Below are positions 49,422 to 59,081 of a stretch of DNA of 64,000 bases, in pieces. The position numbers and the translations under genes are program-made. A model generated the notes under the pieces. The model searched no databases. It worked only from the letters and a program-made list of their open reading frames with translations, and was not told where the DNA came from. Position 1 is the first letter of the stretch; each line of letters begins with the position of its first letter. Source of the DNA: Bacillota bacterium (GTDB lineage Bacteria; Bacillota; Clostridia; Acetivibrionales; JANLFN01); NCBI GenBank assembly GCA_030705825.1, contig JAUZPR010000003.1:5341-69340 (forward strand), read 5' to 3'.

Positions 49422-50525
49422 TTATTCATTTCTTGTCCTTACAGGCAGAACCATATATGCAAATCTGTCCTTATCTACAGGTCTTATGGTACACGGACCC
49501 ACATTTGAAGTCAGGAAAATATTTATCTGCTCTTCTTCAATTACCTTTAATGCATCTATAAAATATCTTGGGTTAAAGCCTATATCCATTTTTCCGCCAT
49601 CCATATCAATCTTCAATTCTTCTCTTACGGCTCCAATATCCGTGTTTGATGTAATAACCATTTTGTCATTGGCTATGTTGAATTTAACAGGATATCTTTT
49701 TTCATCAACCGTAACAAGAGATGCTCTTTCGATACCGGCCAAAAGTTCCTTTGTATTGACTTTGATTTTTATTTCATAATCCTGAGGAATAATTCCATTG
49801 TAGTTTAAGTATTCTCCTTCAAGAAGCCGTGATACAACCTTACAGTTATTCATGTCAAAAAGTATTTGATTGTTTGTACTGTAAATAGATACTTCATCTT
49901 TGACAGGCTGCAATATTTTCAGTATTTCATTCAAGGTCTTGCCTGGAATTACTACTTTTAAATTTTCAGCTTCATTATCAACTTCATAATTTCTAAGGGC
50001 CATTCTAAAACCATCTATTGATACAAATGTCAGTTTTTTGTCCTTGCATTCCATCAATGATCCGGTAAGTATAGGCCTGTTCTCATCCATGCTGACGGCA
50101 AAAAGAGTCTGCTTAATCATATTTCTCAAAATTTCCTGGTTTACAACAAATGCATTCTCCTTCTTAATTTCAGGAAGTGCAGGAAACCCTGATGAAGGTA
50201 TGCCTTTTATTTCAAAATGAGAATTTTCACATTCGATTATTACCATATTACTTCCTGTAACTTCAATAAATACTTCTGCATCAGGTAAGCGCCTTACTAT
50301 ATCACCAAAAATTTTTGAGTTTATAACTATTGAACCGTTTTCTTGAATATCTGCAGGAACCTTACACTCAATTCCAAGCTCCAGATCGTTGCCTGTCAGT
50401 TTCAGTTCCTGGTTTGCTTCTATGAGAATACCCTCCAGTATTGGAAGTGTTGATTTGGATGATACTGCTTTCTGGACCATGTTAATACCTTCTGTAAGAT
50501 TCTCTTTTGAGCATGACACCTTCAT
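49422..50525 (-). CDS. dnaN: DNA polymerase III beta sliding clamp
   Basis: 367 aa with the three-domain clamp layout and conserved C-terminus MVLPVR. Confidence 0.95.
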   Translation of the reverse strand: MKVSCSKENLTEGINMVQKAVSSKSTLPILEGILIEANQELKLTGNDLELGIECKVPADIQENGSIVINSKIFGDIVRRLPDAEVFIEVTGSNMVIIECENSHFEIKGIPSSGFPALPEIKKENAFVVNQEILRNMIKQTLFAVSMDENRPILTGSLMECKDKKLTFVSIDGFRMALRNYEVDNEAENLKVVIPGKTLNEILKILQPVKDEVSIYSTNNQILFDMNNCKVVSRLLEGEYLNYNGIIPQDYEIKIKVNTKELLAGIERASLVTVDEKRYPVKFNIANDKMVITSNTDIGAVREELKIDMDGGKMDIGFNPRYFIDALKVIEEEQINIFLTSNVGPCTIRPVDKDRFAYMVLPVRTRNE

Positions 50526-50850
50526 ATTTTAATTCCTCCCGATTTACTGCTTTGTTTATCTTTAACTTGTGTTTGATTTGGCTTTTAATTTAAATTATAT
50601 AAGAATTTTTTAGTAACAATAATAGTAAGTGTTGTTGATAATGTGTAAAAGGCACAGCATGTATTGAAAATAAGGCTTGTACAGCTGTTAAAAAAATGTG
50701 GGTAACTTGTTTTACTTAATAACGTCAAATTCACATATTAATTATATCAAAGTTGTCCACAAAAACTTTTCCCCATATAAACATTTTTTTGTTAATAACT
50801 ATAGAACATTTTCAACTCCCCTGCCCCTCATTCTTGAGGGGTATTCTTAG

Positions 50851-50884
50851 AAAGCTTGGCAATGCTGGCACATTGCCAAGCTTT
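50851..50884. repeat. 14-bp perfect inverted repeat inside the oriC spacer
   Basis: AAAGCTTGGCAATG-CTGGCA-CATTGCCAAGCTTT. Confidence 0.85.
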
Positions 50885-51012
50885 AAAGAGTATCTTTATC
50901 AATTAGACTTATAAAACTTCTATAATAACTATCTATATTCAACTTCTATTTTTAATATCTAACTCTTAATTTTGAAATTAAACTTTACAACTTCCAACTG
51001 TGTACGTAGAAC

Positions 51013-51040
51013 TCCCAACACCTAACACCTAACTCTTAAC
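51013..51040. repeat. tandem heptamer micro-array abutting the dnaA stop codon
   Basis: TCCCAAC ACCTAAC ACCTAAC TCTTAAC on the plus strand (minus strand: GTTAAGA GTTAGGT GTTAGGT GTTGGGA). Confidence 0.8.
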
Positions 51041-52378
51041 TTACTTTCCCGTAAGTATGTTTTTCAGCTCATCGATGGTTCTTCTTGTTTCGGGACTGTT
51101 TTCCATGTCTTCGGATATTTTTTCTATTGCATGCATAACAGTTGTATGATCCCTTCCTCCAAAATCCTCACCTATTTTAGGGAGAGACATATCGGTAAGA
51201 TCACGGCATAAATACATTGCCATTTGCCTGGGAAATGAAATGTCCCTGTTACGTTTTTTAGATTTGAATTCATCCGGTTTAATATCAAAATATCTCGAAA
51301 CTGCATCCAATATTGAATTAAAATTAATTACGCGGTTTTTATTTGCAGATAGTATATCCTTTAATGCTTCATTTGCAAGATCAACGGTTATTTCAGCTTC
51401 AGTCAGAGTTGTATATGCAATAACCCTGTTTAACGCTCCCTCAAGTTCACGTATATTCGAAGCTATCTTATCGGCTATAAATACTAGAACATCGTTAGGG
51501 ATGTCCAAATTTTCAAGCTGGGCTTTTTTCTTTAATATTGCTATCCTGGTTTCAAGATCAGGAGTTTGTATATCTCCTATAAGACCCCATTCAAACCTTG
51601 AACGCAGTCGGTCTTCAAGAGTAGTTATATCCTTGGGCGGCTTATCGCTTGATATGATGATCTGTTTGTTTGCTTCATATAAAGCGTTGAAGGTGTGGAA
51701 AAATTCCTCCTGGGTTCTTTCCTTTCCGGCTATAAATTGTATATCATCTACAAGAAGAACATCAATTGTCCTGTATCTTGATCTGAATTCTTCGTTTTTG
51801 TCATCTTTAATTGCGTTGATAAGCTCGTTTGTAAACTTCTCGGAAGATACATACATAACTTTTGACGATGGATTCTGGCTTATTATATAATGACCTATGG
51901 CGTGCATAAGGTGTGTTTTTCCAAGACCAACACCTCCGTACAAAAATAAAGGATTATATGCTTTTGCCGGAGATTCCGCAACTGCGAGTGAAGCTGCATG
52001 TGCAAACCGGTTGCTGTTTCCAACAACAAATGTATCGAATGTATATTTAGGATTTAAAAGAGAAGATAATTGATCATTGTTTGTATTGTTTTCAGATTGA
52101 GACGACTCTTTTTTATCATTGCCATGCTGTCCCGGTACCGAGAAATTAATGGCGTACTCCTTTGCAGTTATTTGTTTTACAGCATTCTTTATAAGTGTTG
52201 AATACCTTGATTCCAGAATGCCTTTATTAAAATCTGCCGGTACGCCTAAATTAATTGAATTAATGTTGATTGAAAGTGGTTCTATTGTTTTAATCCATGT
52301 ATTATAGCTTATTTCAGTAAGTTCGTTTTTTAGTAAATCCAATACTTTTTGCCATAAGTCCGGTAGTTGTACGTTCAT
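51041..52378 (-). CDS. dnaA: chromosomal replication initiator DnaA
   Basis: Walker [10 protein letters not shown], box VII/VIII and the C-terminal DNA-binding helix (DHTTVMHA). ATG 52378 ([10 protein letters not shown]) follows GGAGGAAG. The ORF-track extension to 52534 is unsupported. Confidence 0.95.
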   Translation of the reverse strand: MNVQLPDLWQKVLDLLKNELTEISYNTWIKTIEPLSININSINLGVPADFNKGILESRYSTLIKNAVKQITAKEYAINFSVPGQHGNDKKESSQSENNTNNDQLSSLLNPKYTFDTFVVGNSNRFAHAASLAVAESPAKAYNPLFLYGGVGLGKTHLMHAIGHYIISQNPSSKVMYVSSEKFTNELINAIKDDKNEEFRSRYRTIDVLLVDDIQFIAGKERTQEEFFHTFNALYEANKQIIISSDKPPKDITTLEDRLRSRFEWGLIGDIQTPDLETRIAILKKKAQLENLDIPNDVLVFIADKIASNIRELEGALNRVIAYTTLTEAEITVDLANEALKDILSANKNRVINFNSILDAVSRYFDIKPDEFKSKKRNRDISFPRQMAMYLCRDLTDMSLPKIGEDFGGRDHTTVMHAIEKISEDMENSPETRRTIDELKNILTGK

Positions 52379-52933
52379 ACTGCTTCCTCCAAAAACACAA
52401 GCATTTAAAGACATGTGTTGATATAATTTTAATTGGGTTTCAGGTTTAGCTATCTTTAGTACTTGTGTATATAAAACACATCTTTCGTAAATAATATCAG
52501 CGAAGTACACATCTTTATGGAATTGAGACGTCAAAAGACAGGTTTTATTTATGTAGTGTAATAAATCCTGAATTATATTTTATCTTTAAGTTCAATTCTC
52601 TAAAAAATAAAGATGTATTACTAAAAGAAAAAAATTTTTTTGTATTATGTCTGGCTGAAAACGTTTATTTTAAACACATTATAAACAAGTTATCAACAGG
52701 CATATTTAAATATATCAGACTTTATAGCAATATTCAATATGATAATATTAAAGATATCCACAAAAAAATATCTGCATTTTGTACTTATCCACAATACAAG
52801 TTTCTTGACATGACTTAATTCTATAATATATAATTGGTTTGGTGTCTAAAAAAGAGGATTTTGTTTATAATTAAATACGTTTAGACAGTTTATTAATTAA
52901 ATATAAAAAAAGCATGGAACGGGGGTGTTCACG
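52379..52933. other. oriC, rpmH-dnaA spacer with DnaA boxes and dnaA/rpmH promoters
   Basis: Perfect TTATCCACA at 52785-52793. One-mismatch boxes at 52754-52762 (ATATCCACA) and 52690-52698 (TTATCAACA). Very AT-rich block at 52599-52650. Confidence 0.8.
52805..52834 (+). promoter_or_regulatory. candidate sigma-A promoter for rpmH
   Basis: TTGACA (52805-52810), 18-nt spacer, TATAAT (52829-52834). Confidence 0.55.
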
Positions 52934-53068
52934 GTGTTAAGAACATATCAGCCTAAGAAAAGGCAAAGATCAAAAGTACATGGTTTTAGAAAGAGAATGA
53001 GTACGGCTAATGGCAGAAAAGTTTTAAGAAATCGCAGATTAAAAGGAAGAAAGGTGCTTTCAGCATAA
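52934..53068 (+). CDS. rpmH: 50S ribosomal protein L34
   Basis: Below the ORF-track size cutoff. My hand translation reads (M)[46 protein letters not shown] start lies 8 nt after GGGGG. Confidence 0.92.
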   Translation: MLRTYQPKKRQRSKVHGFRKRMSTANGRKVLRNRRLKGRKVLSA

Positions 53069-53094
53069 GACCGCACGAATGTGGTCTTTTTATT
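53068..53094 (+). terminator. rho-independent terminator immediately after rpmH
   Basis: AGACCGCA (53068-53075) pairs with TGTGGTCT (53080-53087), followed by TTTTATTT. Confidence 0.75.
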
Positions 53095-53126
53095 TAACCT
53101 GGATTTTAAATGCACACAGCTTTAAG

Positions 53127-53189
53127 ATATGAGTCTTGTATTTGTTATATAGATTGAATATTCTCAATTTAAATATACAAGACTCATAT
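53127..53189. repeat. 15-bp perfect inverted repeat in the rpmH-rnpA spacer
   Basis: ATATGAGTCTTGTAT (53127-53141) / ATACAAGACTCATAT (53175-53189), 33-nt AT-rich spacer. Confidence 0.9.
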
Positions 53190-53335
53190 TAACAGGTATT
53201 TAATATGAAAGCTATTTAAATTTACTTTGGATAAAACTTACCTGAACTTTTAACAGTTTTTGTCCTAATATTTGGATAAAATAAATCAATGAGTTATTAC
53301 TTTAATGTTTACCACTGGAGGAAGATCTTCCTGTA

Positions 53336-53701
53336 ATGAAAAGAACCGTACCTATTAAAAAAAACTATGAGTTTATGAGAGTCTATAAAAAAGGGATATT
53401 TTATGTTGGCAGGAACATAGTTTTATATGTATTGAACAACAATACCGATGTAAATAGGTTAGGTATAACGGTAAGCAAGAAGTTCGGCAAAAGTGTTAAG
53501 AGAAACAGGATAAAAAGGCTAATAAGAGAAAATTATAGATATTATGAAGAGTATGTTAAAAACAGCTGTGATATGGTTATAGTTGCAAGAAGCAGTGAAG
53601 TTATGCCATGCTCGGTTGAAATCCGGAAAGAAATGAAATTTTTGCTGAAAAAGCTGGGTATATTTGATCAGGAGAAATGGGATTGTTTAAAGGGATATTG
53701 A
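53336..53701 (+). CDS. rnpA: ribonuclease P protein component
   Basis: 121 aa, basic, with the RNR-type motif ([14 protein letters not shown]). Canonical position after rpmH. Confidence 0.9.
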   Translation: MKRTVPIKKNYEFMRVYKKGIFYVGRNIVLYVLNNNTDVNRLGITVSKKFGKSVKRNRIKRLIRENYRYYEEYVKNSCDMVIVARSSEVMPCSVEIRKEMKFLLKKLGIFDQEKWDCLKGY

Positions 53702-53898
53702 TATTTTTTATTAAACAGTACCAAAAACGGATATCGCCTCTTAAAAGGAGGCCAAGCTGCAGATTTTATCCGACTTGTTCCCAATATGCGATTGAAGCCG
53801 TACAAAAATACGGTTGTATAAAAGGCGGACTGATGTCGATTAAAAGAGTATCCAAGTGTAATCCTTTGCATCCTGGAGGGTATGATCCTGTAAAATAA
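53677..53898 (+). CDS. yidD: membrane protein insertion efficiency factor YidD
   Basis: [27 protein letters not shown]...[17 protein letters not shown]. Confidence 0.9.
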   Translation: MGLFKGILIFFIKQYQKRISPLKRRPSCRFYPTCSQYAIEAVQKYGCIKGGLMSIKRVSKCNPLHPGGYDPVK

Positions 53899-53913
53899 GA
53901 AAGGAAAACATAG

Positions 53914-54813
53914 ATGTTTGATTTTATTGCAATGCCATTGGGGCAAATATTGAATTTCATATATAATACCATATCATTCCATAATTATGGATTAGCCATA
54001 ATATTTTTCACTTTGCTTATCAGGCTGATACTTTTACCTCTCACAATAAAACAATACCACTCAATAGCTAAAACTCAGAAACTTCAGCCTCAAATCAAGG
54101 AAATCCAACAAAGATATAAAAATGACAAAGAAAAATTGAATATGGAAATGATGAAGCTGTACAAAGAGAATAATGCCAACCCAGCCGGCGGATGTCTGCC
54201 GATGCTCATTCAGATGCCTATATTGATAGCCTTGTACTGGGTTATTTCTTCACCTTTGAAATACATGCTGTCAATAAGTAAGGACATAATTACTAAGCTA
54301 TCACCTTTAGCAGCGGGTGCAAAAATTGTTGTAAGGTCTGCAAGCCCCGATATAGGGATAATAATGTTCTTTAAATCCTTTGGGAACAATGTTCCGGCTA
54401 AGGTTTCAAGTATTGTAACTCCTCATCAGATTTCAAGTATTCAGCATTTAAACCTTGATTTTTTAGGAATTAACCTCGGAATGAATCCTTCATGGGATCC
54501 AAAGCTGTTGTTTGGGGCTTCCACCTGGCACACATACCTTCCATTGATGGTTATCCCGATATTGGTTGCAGGCACTACGTTCCTGCAGTCAAAAATTATG
54601 GCAAACCTTACAAAAGCAAACGGTACCGGCGGCGCATCAATGCAGATGCAGAACAGTATGATGGTTATTATGCCTATTATGCTGCTATTGTTCTCATTCA
54701 GTGTACCTGCAGGTTTGGGATTGTATTGGACAATAGGTAACATAGTTCAGATTTTCACACAGATATATATAAATAATACTATTATGAAGAAAAAGGAGGT
54801 TCAGAGTAATTAA
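53914..54813 (+). CDS. yidC: membrane protein insertase YidC/SpoIIIJ
   Basis: 299 aa with the Oxa1-family core (NPAGGCLPMLIQMPILIALY). Confidence 0.9.
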   Translation: MFDFIAMPLGQILNFIYNTISFHNYGLAIIFFTLLIRLILLPLTIKQYHSIAKTQKLQPQIKEIQQRYKNDKEKLNMEMMKLYKENNANPAGGCLPMLIQMPILIALYWVISSPLKYMLSISKDIITKLSPLAAGAKIVVRSASPDIGIIMFFKSFGNNVPAKVSSIVTPHQISSIQHLNLDFLGINLGMNPSWDPKLLFGASTWHTYLPLMVIPILVAGTTFLQSKIMANLTKANGTGGASMQMQNSMMVIMPIMLLLFSFSVPAGLGLYWTIGNIVQIFTQIYINNTIMKKKEVQSN

Positions 54814-55434
54814 ATGGGAAATAGTATTGAGAAGACTGGAAAAACCGTACAGGAAGCTGTTCAGGCTGCACTTTTGGAATTGGGCACAGATGAGAACAGT
54901 GTAGATATAGAAATACTCGATGAGGGCAATAAGGGTATATTCGGAATTATCAAGAACAAGATGGCAAAAGTAAGAGTTACTATGAAGGAATCAATGTCCG
55001 ACAAGGCAAGAATGTTTCTTGAAGACGTATTTGATAAAATGAACCTCAAAGCCGAAGTCATGGTTGAAGAAGATGAAGAATCCATTCTCTTGAGAATATA
55101 TGGCGAGGATATTGGAATTATCATAGGCAGGAGAGGCGAAACTCTTGACTCCCTTCAGTATTTGACCAGCCTTGTAGTTAACAAGGAAAAGGGAAGCTAT
55201 AAACGTGTCGTAATAGATGTGGAAAATTACAGGCAGAAAAGGGAAGAAACCCTTGTAAAGTTGGCAAACAGACTTGCGGACAGGGTAATAAAATATAAGA
55301 AGAATATTGTTTTGGAGCCTATGAATCCTTATGAAAGAAGGATAATTCATTCCTCACTTCAGGACAACGATTATGTTGAAACCTACAGTATAGGCGATGA
55401 ACCAAACAGAAAAGTCGTTATTACATTAAAATAA
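54814..55434 (+). CDS. jag: Jag/KhpB RNA-binding protein (Jag_N + KH + R3H)
   Basis: GKTVQEAVQAALLELG N-terminal domain, KH GxxG (IGRRGETL), R3H (ERRIIHSSLQ). Confidence 0.9.
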   Translation: MGNSIEKTGKTVQEAVQAALLELGTDENSVDIEILDEGNKGIFGIIKNKMAKVRVTMKESMSDKARMFLEDVFDKMNLKAEVMVEEDEESILLRIYGEDIGIIIGRRGETLDSLQYLTSLVVNKEKGSYKRVVIDVENYRQKREETLVKLANRLADRVIKYKKNIVLEPMNPYERRIIHSSLQDNDYVETYSIGDEPNRKVVITLK

Positions 55435-55463
55435 CATTATTAATGAAAATCTTTAGTCAAAGT

Positions 55464-55514
55464 GGGCAATTATAAATTAACTGATATTATCGGGGATTTA
55501 TAATTGTCCTTTTT
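55464..55514 (+). terminator. terminator after jag
   Basis: GGGCAATTATAAAT / ATTTATAATTGTCC stem (one mismatch), followed by TTTTT. Confidence 0.6.
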
Positions 55515-55554
55515 ATGTACCATTTAATTAACCTTAACTTATAATAAAAAAATT

Positions 55555-55583
55555 TTGTGAATGATGATAAAATATGCTAGAAT
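55555..55583 (+). promoter_or_regulatory. candidate sigma-A promoter for mnmE
   Basis: TTGTGA (55555-55560), 17-nt spacer, TGcTAGAAT (TAGAAT 55578-55583). Confidence 0.55.
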
Positions 55584-55665
55584 TTACCCGAATGAAGCAG
55601 CTTAGTAATGCGAGTGGCGGAAAACTTTGCCGGTCGATCCTTAACGCATAATCTCGGAGGCAGAT

Positions 55666-57045
55666 ATGTACAGCAGTGATACCATAGCGGCTATTTCCAC
55701 ACCTCAGGGTACAGGTGGAATAGGAATAATAAGAATAAGCGGAAGCGGAGCATTTGAAATAGCCGAACAGCTTTTTAAAGGTAGAAAACCCTTTAAAGAA
55801 TATAAACCAAATTCAATTAATCATGGTTGTCTGATTAATCCTGCAAACAGTGAAATAATAGACGATGTACTTGTGTCCAAAATGAAGGCTCCCAACACAT
55901 TTACACGTGAGGATATTGTTGAAATAAACTGTCATGGAGGAATGACTGTTCTAAAGAAGGTGCTCGAACTGGTTGTAAAAAGCGGGGCAAGACCTGCCGA
56001 GGCTGGAGAATTTACTAAAAGAGCGTTTCTTAATGGTAGAATAGATTTGTCCCAGGCAGAGGCTGTTATAGATTTGATCAACTCAAAAACTGAGGAAGGA
56101 TCCAAGGCGGCAGTTTCACAGCTTGAGGGTAAATTGTCCAAAAGATTGAAATCAGTAAGGGACAAGCTTTTGGATCTTATATCGCATATTGAGGTTACGG
56201 TTGATTATCCCGAGCACGATATTGAGGAAATCACGGGCCAGGAGGTATACGCGGCTATAAAGGAAATCAGGAACGATCTTGAGAGGCTGACTGAAGGATA
56301 TGATAAAGGAAGGATACTGCGAGAAGGTTTGAACGCTGTTATAATAGGCAAGCCTAATGTGGGTAAATCCTCACTGCTCAACGAGCTTTCAGGTGTAAAC
56401 AAGGCAATTGTGACCGATATACCGGGAACAACACGGGATATTATCGAAGAGTTTATAAATATTGGAGGAATACCTGTAAGGATAATTGACACTGCAGGTA
56501 TCAGGGAAACTTCGGATTTAGTCGAGAAAATCGGGGTACAGCGTGCTGAAATTGAAATAGATAACGCCGACATTGTTTTGATGATGATAGATGCAAGTGA
56601 AGTAATCACAGCCGCAGACCGGGAAATCCTCAAAAAGGTAGATGCCAAAAAAGCAATAATAATATTGAATAAAACAGATATTTCCGATATTGAACGTATT
56701 AACCAGATTAAAACTTCACTCCAGGGGAAAATCATTATTGAAATGTCCATAAAAGAAGGGACAGGCCTTGACCGGCTTGAAACAGAAATAAAGAACCTGT
56801 TTGTCAAAGGAGATATCAAGGCGAACCAGGAAATCCTTTTAACCAATGTAAGGCACAAGGTATTGATAGACAGTGCGGTCGTAAGTATAAGCGAAGCTGT
56901 AAACGCTTACCAATCAGGCTTGCCGCTGGACTGTATAACTATAGATATAAGAAATTCAGCAGACTATCTGGGACAGATAACAGGAGAATCAGTAAGCGAA
57001 GATGTAATGCACAGGATATTCAGCAGGTTTTGTATAGGCAAGTAA
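55666..57045 (+). CDS. mnmE: tRNA modification GTPase MnmE
   Basis: GKPNVGKSSLLN G1 motif, DTAGIR, NKTD, C-terminal FCIGK. Confidence 0.95.
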   Translation: MYSSDTIAAISTPQGTGGIGIIRISGSGAFEIAEQLFKGRKPFKEYKPNSINHGCLINPANSEIIDDVLVSKMKAPNTFTREDIVEINCHGGMTVLKKVLELVVKSGARPAEAGEFTKRAFLNGRIDLSQAEAVIDLINSKTEEGSKAAVSQLEGKLSKRLKSVRDKLLDLISHIEVTVDYPEHDIEEITGQEVYAAIKEIRNDLERLTEGYDKGRILREGLNAVIIGKPNVGKSSLLNELSGVNKAIVTDIPGTTRDIIEEFINIGGIPVRIIDTAGIRETSDLVEKIGVQRAEIEIDNADIVLMMIDASEVITAADREILKKVDAKKAIIILNKTDISDIERINQIKTSLQGKIIIEMSIKEGTGLDRLETEIKNLFVKGDIKANQEILLTNVRHKVLIDSAVVSISEAVNAYQSGLPLDCITIDIRNSADYLGQITGESVSEDVMHRIFSRFCIGK

Positions 57046-57160
57046 GCTTTGCTTACTTGCTGGTGGAATAGGTAATAGGTAGAATAGGCAATAGGATTTT
57101 TTATAGAAAAAAGAGTATAAAATCCCATTCCACCCATTCCACCTATTCTACCCATTACCT
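57038..57160. repeat. structured mnmE-mnmG spacer: stop-codon hairpin plus inverted arrays of 7-mer and 9-mer tandem repeats
   Basis: GCAAGTAAGC-TTT-GCTTACTTGC (57038-57060). AATAGGN x4 (57067-57096) faces CCATTCCAC-like x4 (57125-57159) around GGATTTT...AAAATCC. Confidence 0.8.
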
Positions 57161-57183
57161 GATATACGGAAGGAGACTTAATT

Positions 57184-59073
57184 TTGGATTATTTTGCAGG
57201 TGAATATGATGTTGCGGTAGTTGGGGCAGGGCATGCAGGCTGTGAAACGGCTCTTGCTTCAGCCAGGCTGGGGTGTAAAACCATTGTGTTTGCAATTAAT
57301 CTGGACAGCATAGCAAATATGCCTTGCAATCCCAGTGTCGGAGGAACGGCGAAAGGTCAGCTGGTAAGGGAAATTGACGCTCTTGGCGGAGAAATGGGTA
57401 AAAATACTGATAAAACCTTCATCCAGTCCAAAATACTGAATTCGGCAAAGGGACCTGCAGTTTTCTCGTTGAGGGCACAGGTAGACCGGAGAAGATATCA
57501 GATTGAAATGAAACATACCATGGAACGTCAGCAGAACCTTGATATAAGACAGGCAGAAATAGTTGAGGTTTTAACCGAGGATAAAGCTGACGAAAAGAGA
57601 ATCACAGGAGTTAAAACCCATACCGGCGCAATATATAAATGTAAGGCTGTAGTACTTACAACAGGTACATATCTGAAGGGAAAAATTATTATAGGAGATG
57701 TAAGCTACAGCGGAGGTCCTGACGGACTTTTTCCCGCAAACAAGCTGTCAGACAGCCTTCTGGAAAAGGGAATAGAACTGTTTCGCTTCAAAACAGGTAC
57801 CCCGGCAAGACTTAACAAGCGAAGTATAGATTTTTCCAAGGTTGAGGAACAGCCTGGTGATGAAAGAATCATACCGTTCTCTTTTGAAACTGAGGAAATA
57901 GAAAAGGAACAGGTTTCATGCTGGTTAACCCATACTACTTCCGAAACACATAAGGTTATCCGTGACAATTTACACCGTTCGCCTCTGTATTCCGGAAACA
58001 TAAAAGGTGTAGGACCAAGGTATTGTCCTTCTATCGAAGATAAAATAGTACGCTTTGCCGATAAGGAAAGCCATCAGATATTTATAGAGCCTATGGGTCT
58101 TGAAACTGAGGAAATGTACCTGCAGGGCATGTCCAGCAGCCTTCCCGAGGATGTGCAGATTGAAATGATGAAAACCCTGCCTGGGTTGGAGAATGTGGCT
58201 GTCATGCGAAGTGCATATGCTATAGAATATGACTGCATAAACCCCACCCAGCTCAAGCTCTCACTTGAATTCAGGAAAGTGGAAGGACTTTTTTCAGGGG
58301 GACAGATAAACGGAAGTTCAGGTTATGAAGAAGCGGCGGCGCAGGGATTAATGGCAGGTATCAATGCGGCTTTGAAAGTACTTGGAAAAGAACCGTTGGT
58401 GTTGGACAGGTCTCAGGCTTACATAGGTGTACTTATAGACGACCTTGTCACCAAAGGCACCAGGGAGCCGTATAGAATGATGACTTCAAGAGCTGAATAC
58501 AGACTTCTTTTAAGGCAGGACAATGCCGATCTCAGGCTGACACCCATAGGCTATGAAACAGGCTTGATCAGTGAAGAAAGGTATAATAATTTCAATATAA
58601 AAAGAAATCAAATTGAAGAAGAGATAAAGCGGCTTGAAATGACAGTTGCCGCACCTACAGAGCAGGTTAACGAATTTCTTGCAAAAAGGGATAGTTCTGA
58701 AATCAGGACAGGAATAAAGTTTATTGAGCTTTTAAGAAGACCGGAAATATCTTATGAGGGGCTTGGAGAAATTGATAAGGACAGGCCCGAATTAAGTTAT
58801 GCCGTAAGGGAACAGGTTTCCATAGCAGTCAAGTACGAAGGCTATATAAAAAGGCAGATGCAGCAGGTAGAACAGTTTAAAAAACTCGAGAACAGAAAGC
58901 TGCCGGTTGATGTGGATTACAGCCAGGTCCACGGACTCAGCAACGAAGCACGTCAAAAGCTTAACCAATTAAAGCCCGAGTCGGTGGGACAGGCATCCAG
59001 GATATCTGGGGTATCGCCTGCTGATATTTCAGTACTTCTTATATTCCTTGAACAGAACAGAAGAAAGAAATAG
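57184..59073 (+). CDS. mnmG: tRNA uridine 5-carboxymethylaminomethyl modification enzyme MnmG
   Basis: 629 aa with the FAD motif [12 protein letters not shown]-like ([12 protein letters not shown]). TTG start follows GGAAGGAG. Confidence 0.95.
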   Translation: MDYFAGEYDVAVVGAGHAGCETALASARLGCKTIVFAINLDSIANMPCNPSVGGTAKGQLVREIDALGGEMGKNTDKTFIQSKILNSAKGPAVFSLRAQVDRRRYQIEMKHTMERQQNLDIRQAEIVEVLTEDKADEKRITGVKTHTGAIYKCKAVVLTTGTYLKGKIIIGDVSYSGGPDGLFPANKLSDSLLEKGIELFRFKTGTPARLNKRSIDFSKVEEQPGDERIIPFSFETEEIEKEQVSCWLTHTTSETHKVIRDNLHRSPLYSGNIKGVGPRYCPSIEDKIVRFADKESHQIFIEPMGLETEEMYLQGMSSSLPEDVQIEMMKTLPGLENVAVMRSAYAIEYDCINPTQLKLSLEFRKVEGLFSGGQINGSSGYEEAAAQGLMAGINAALKVLGKEPLVLDRSQAYIGVLIDDLVTKGTREPYRMMTSRAEYRLLLRQDNADLRLTPIGYETGLISEERYNNFNIKRNQIEEEIKRLEMTVAAPTEQVNEFLAKRDSSEIRTGIKFIELLRRPEISYEGLGEIDKDRPELSYAVREQVSIAVKYEGYIKRQMQQVEQFKKLENRKLPVDVDYSQVHGLSNEARQKLNQLKPESVGQASRISGVSPADISVLLIFLEQNRRKK

Positions 59074-59081
59074 GAGGCACT

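Larger units (their letters stand above)
50526..51040. other. oriC, dnaA-dnaN spacer: DnaA boxes, candidate DnaA-trio array and AT-rich unwinding element
   Basis: One-mismatch DnaA boxes: 50633-50641 (TGTTGATAA), 50697-50705 (TGTGGGTAA), 50753-50761 (TTGTCCACA). TAG/TAA trinucleotide run at 50611-50628. More than 85% AT block at 50583-50610. Confidence 0.75.

Noticed and set aside
51240-51890. 216-aa plus-strand ORF
   Set aside because: It lies entirely antisense within dnaA. Its composition is Ser/Leu/Ile-rich and low in complexity, and it has no RBS. It is a shadow ORF of a strongly supported gene.
52379-52534. 52-codon N-terminal extension of the dnaA ORF
   Set aside because: The canonical DnaA N-terminus ([10 protein letters not shown]) starts at 52378 behind a GGAGGAAG RBS. 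The extension runs into the DnaA-box region and has no RBS.
56205-56858. 217-aa minus-strand ORF
   Set aside because: It is antisense to mnmE, Ser/Ile-rich with no recognisable motifs. Shadow ORF.
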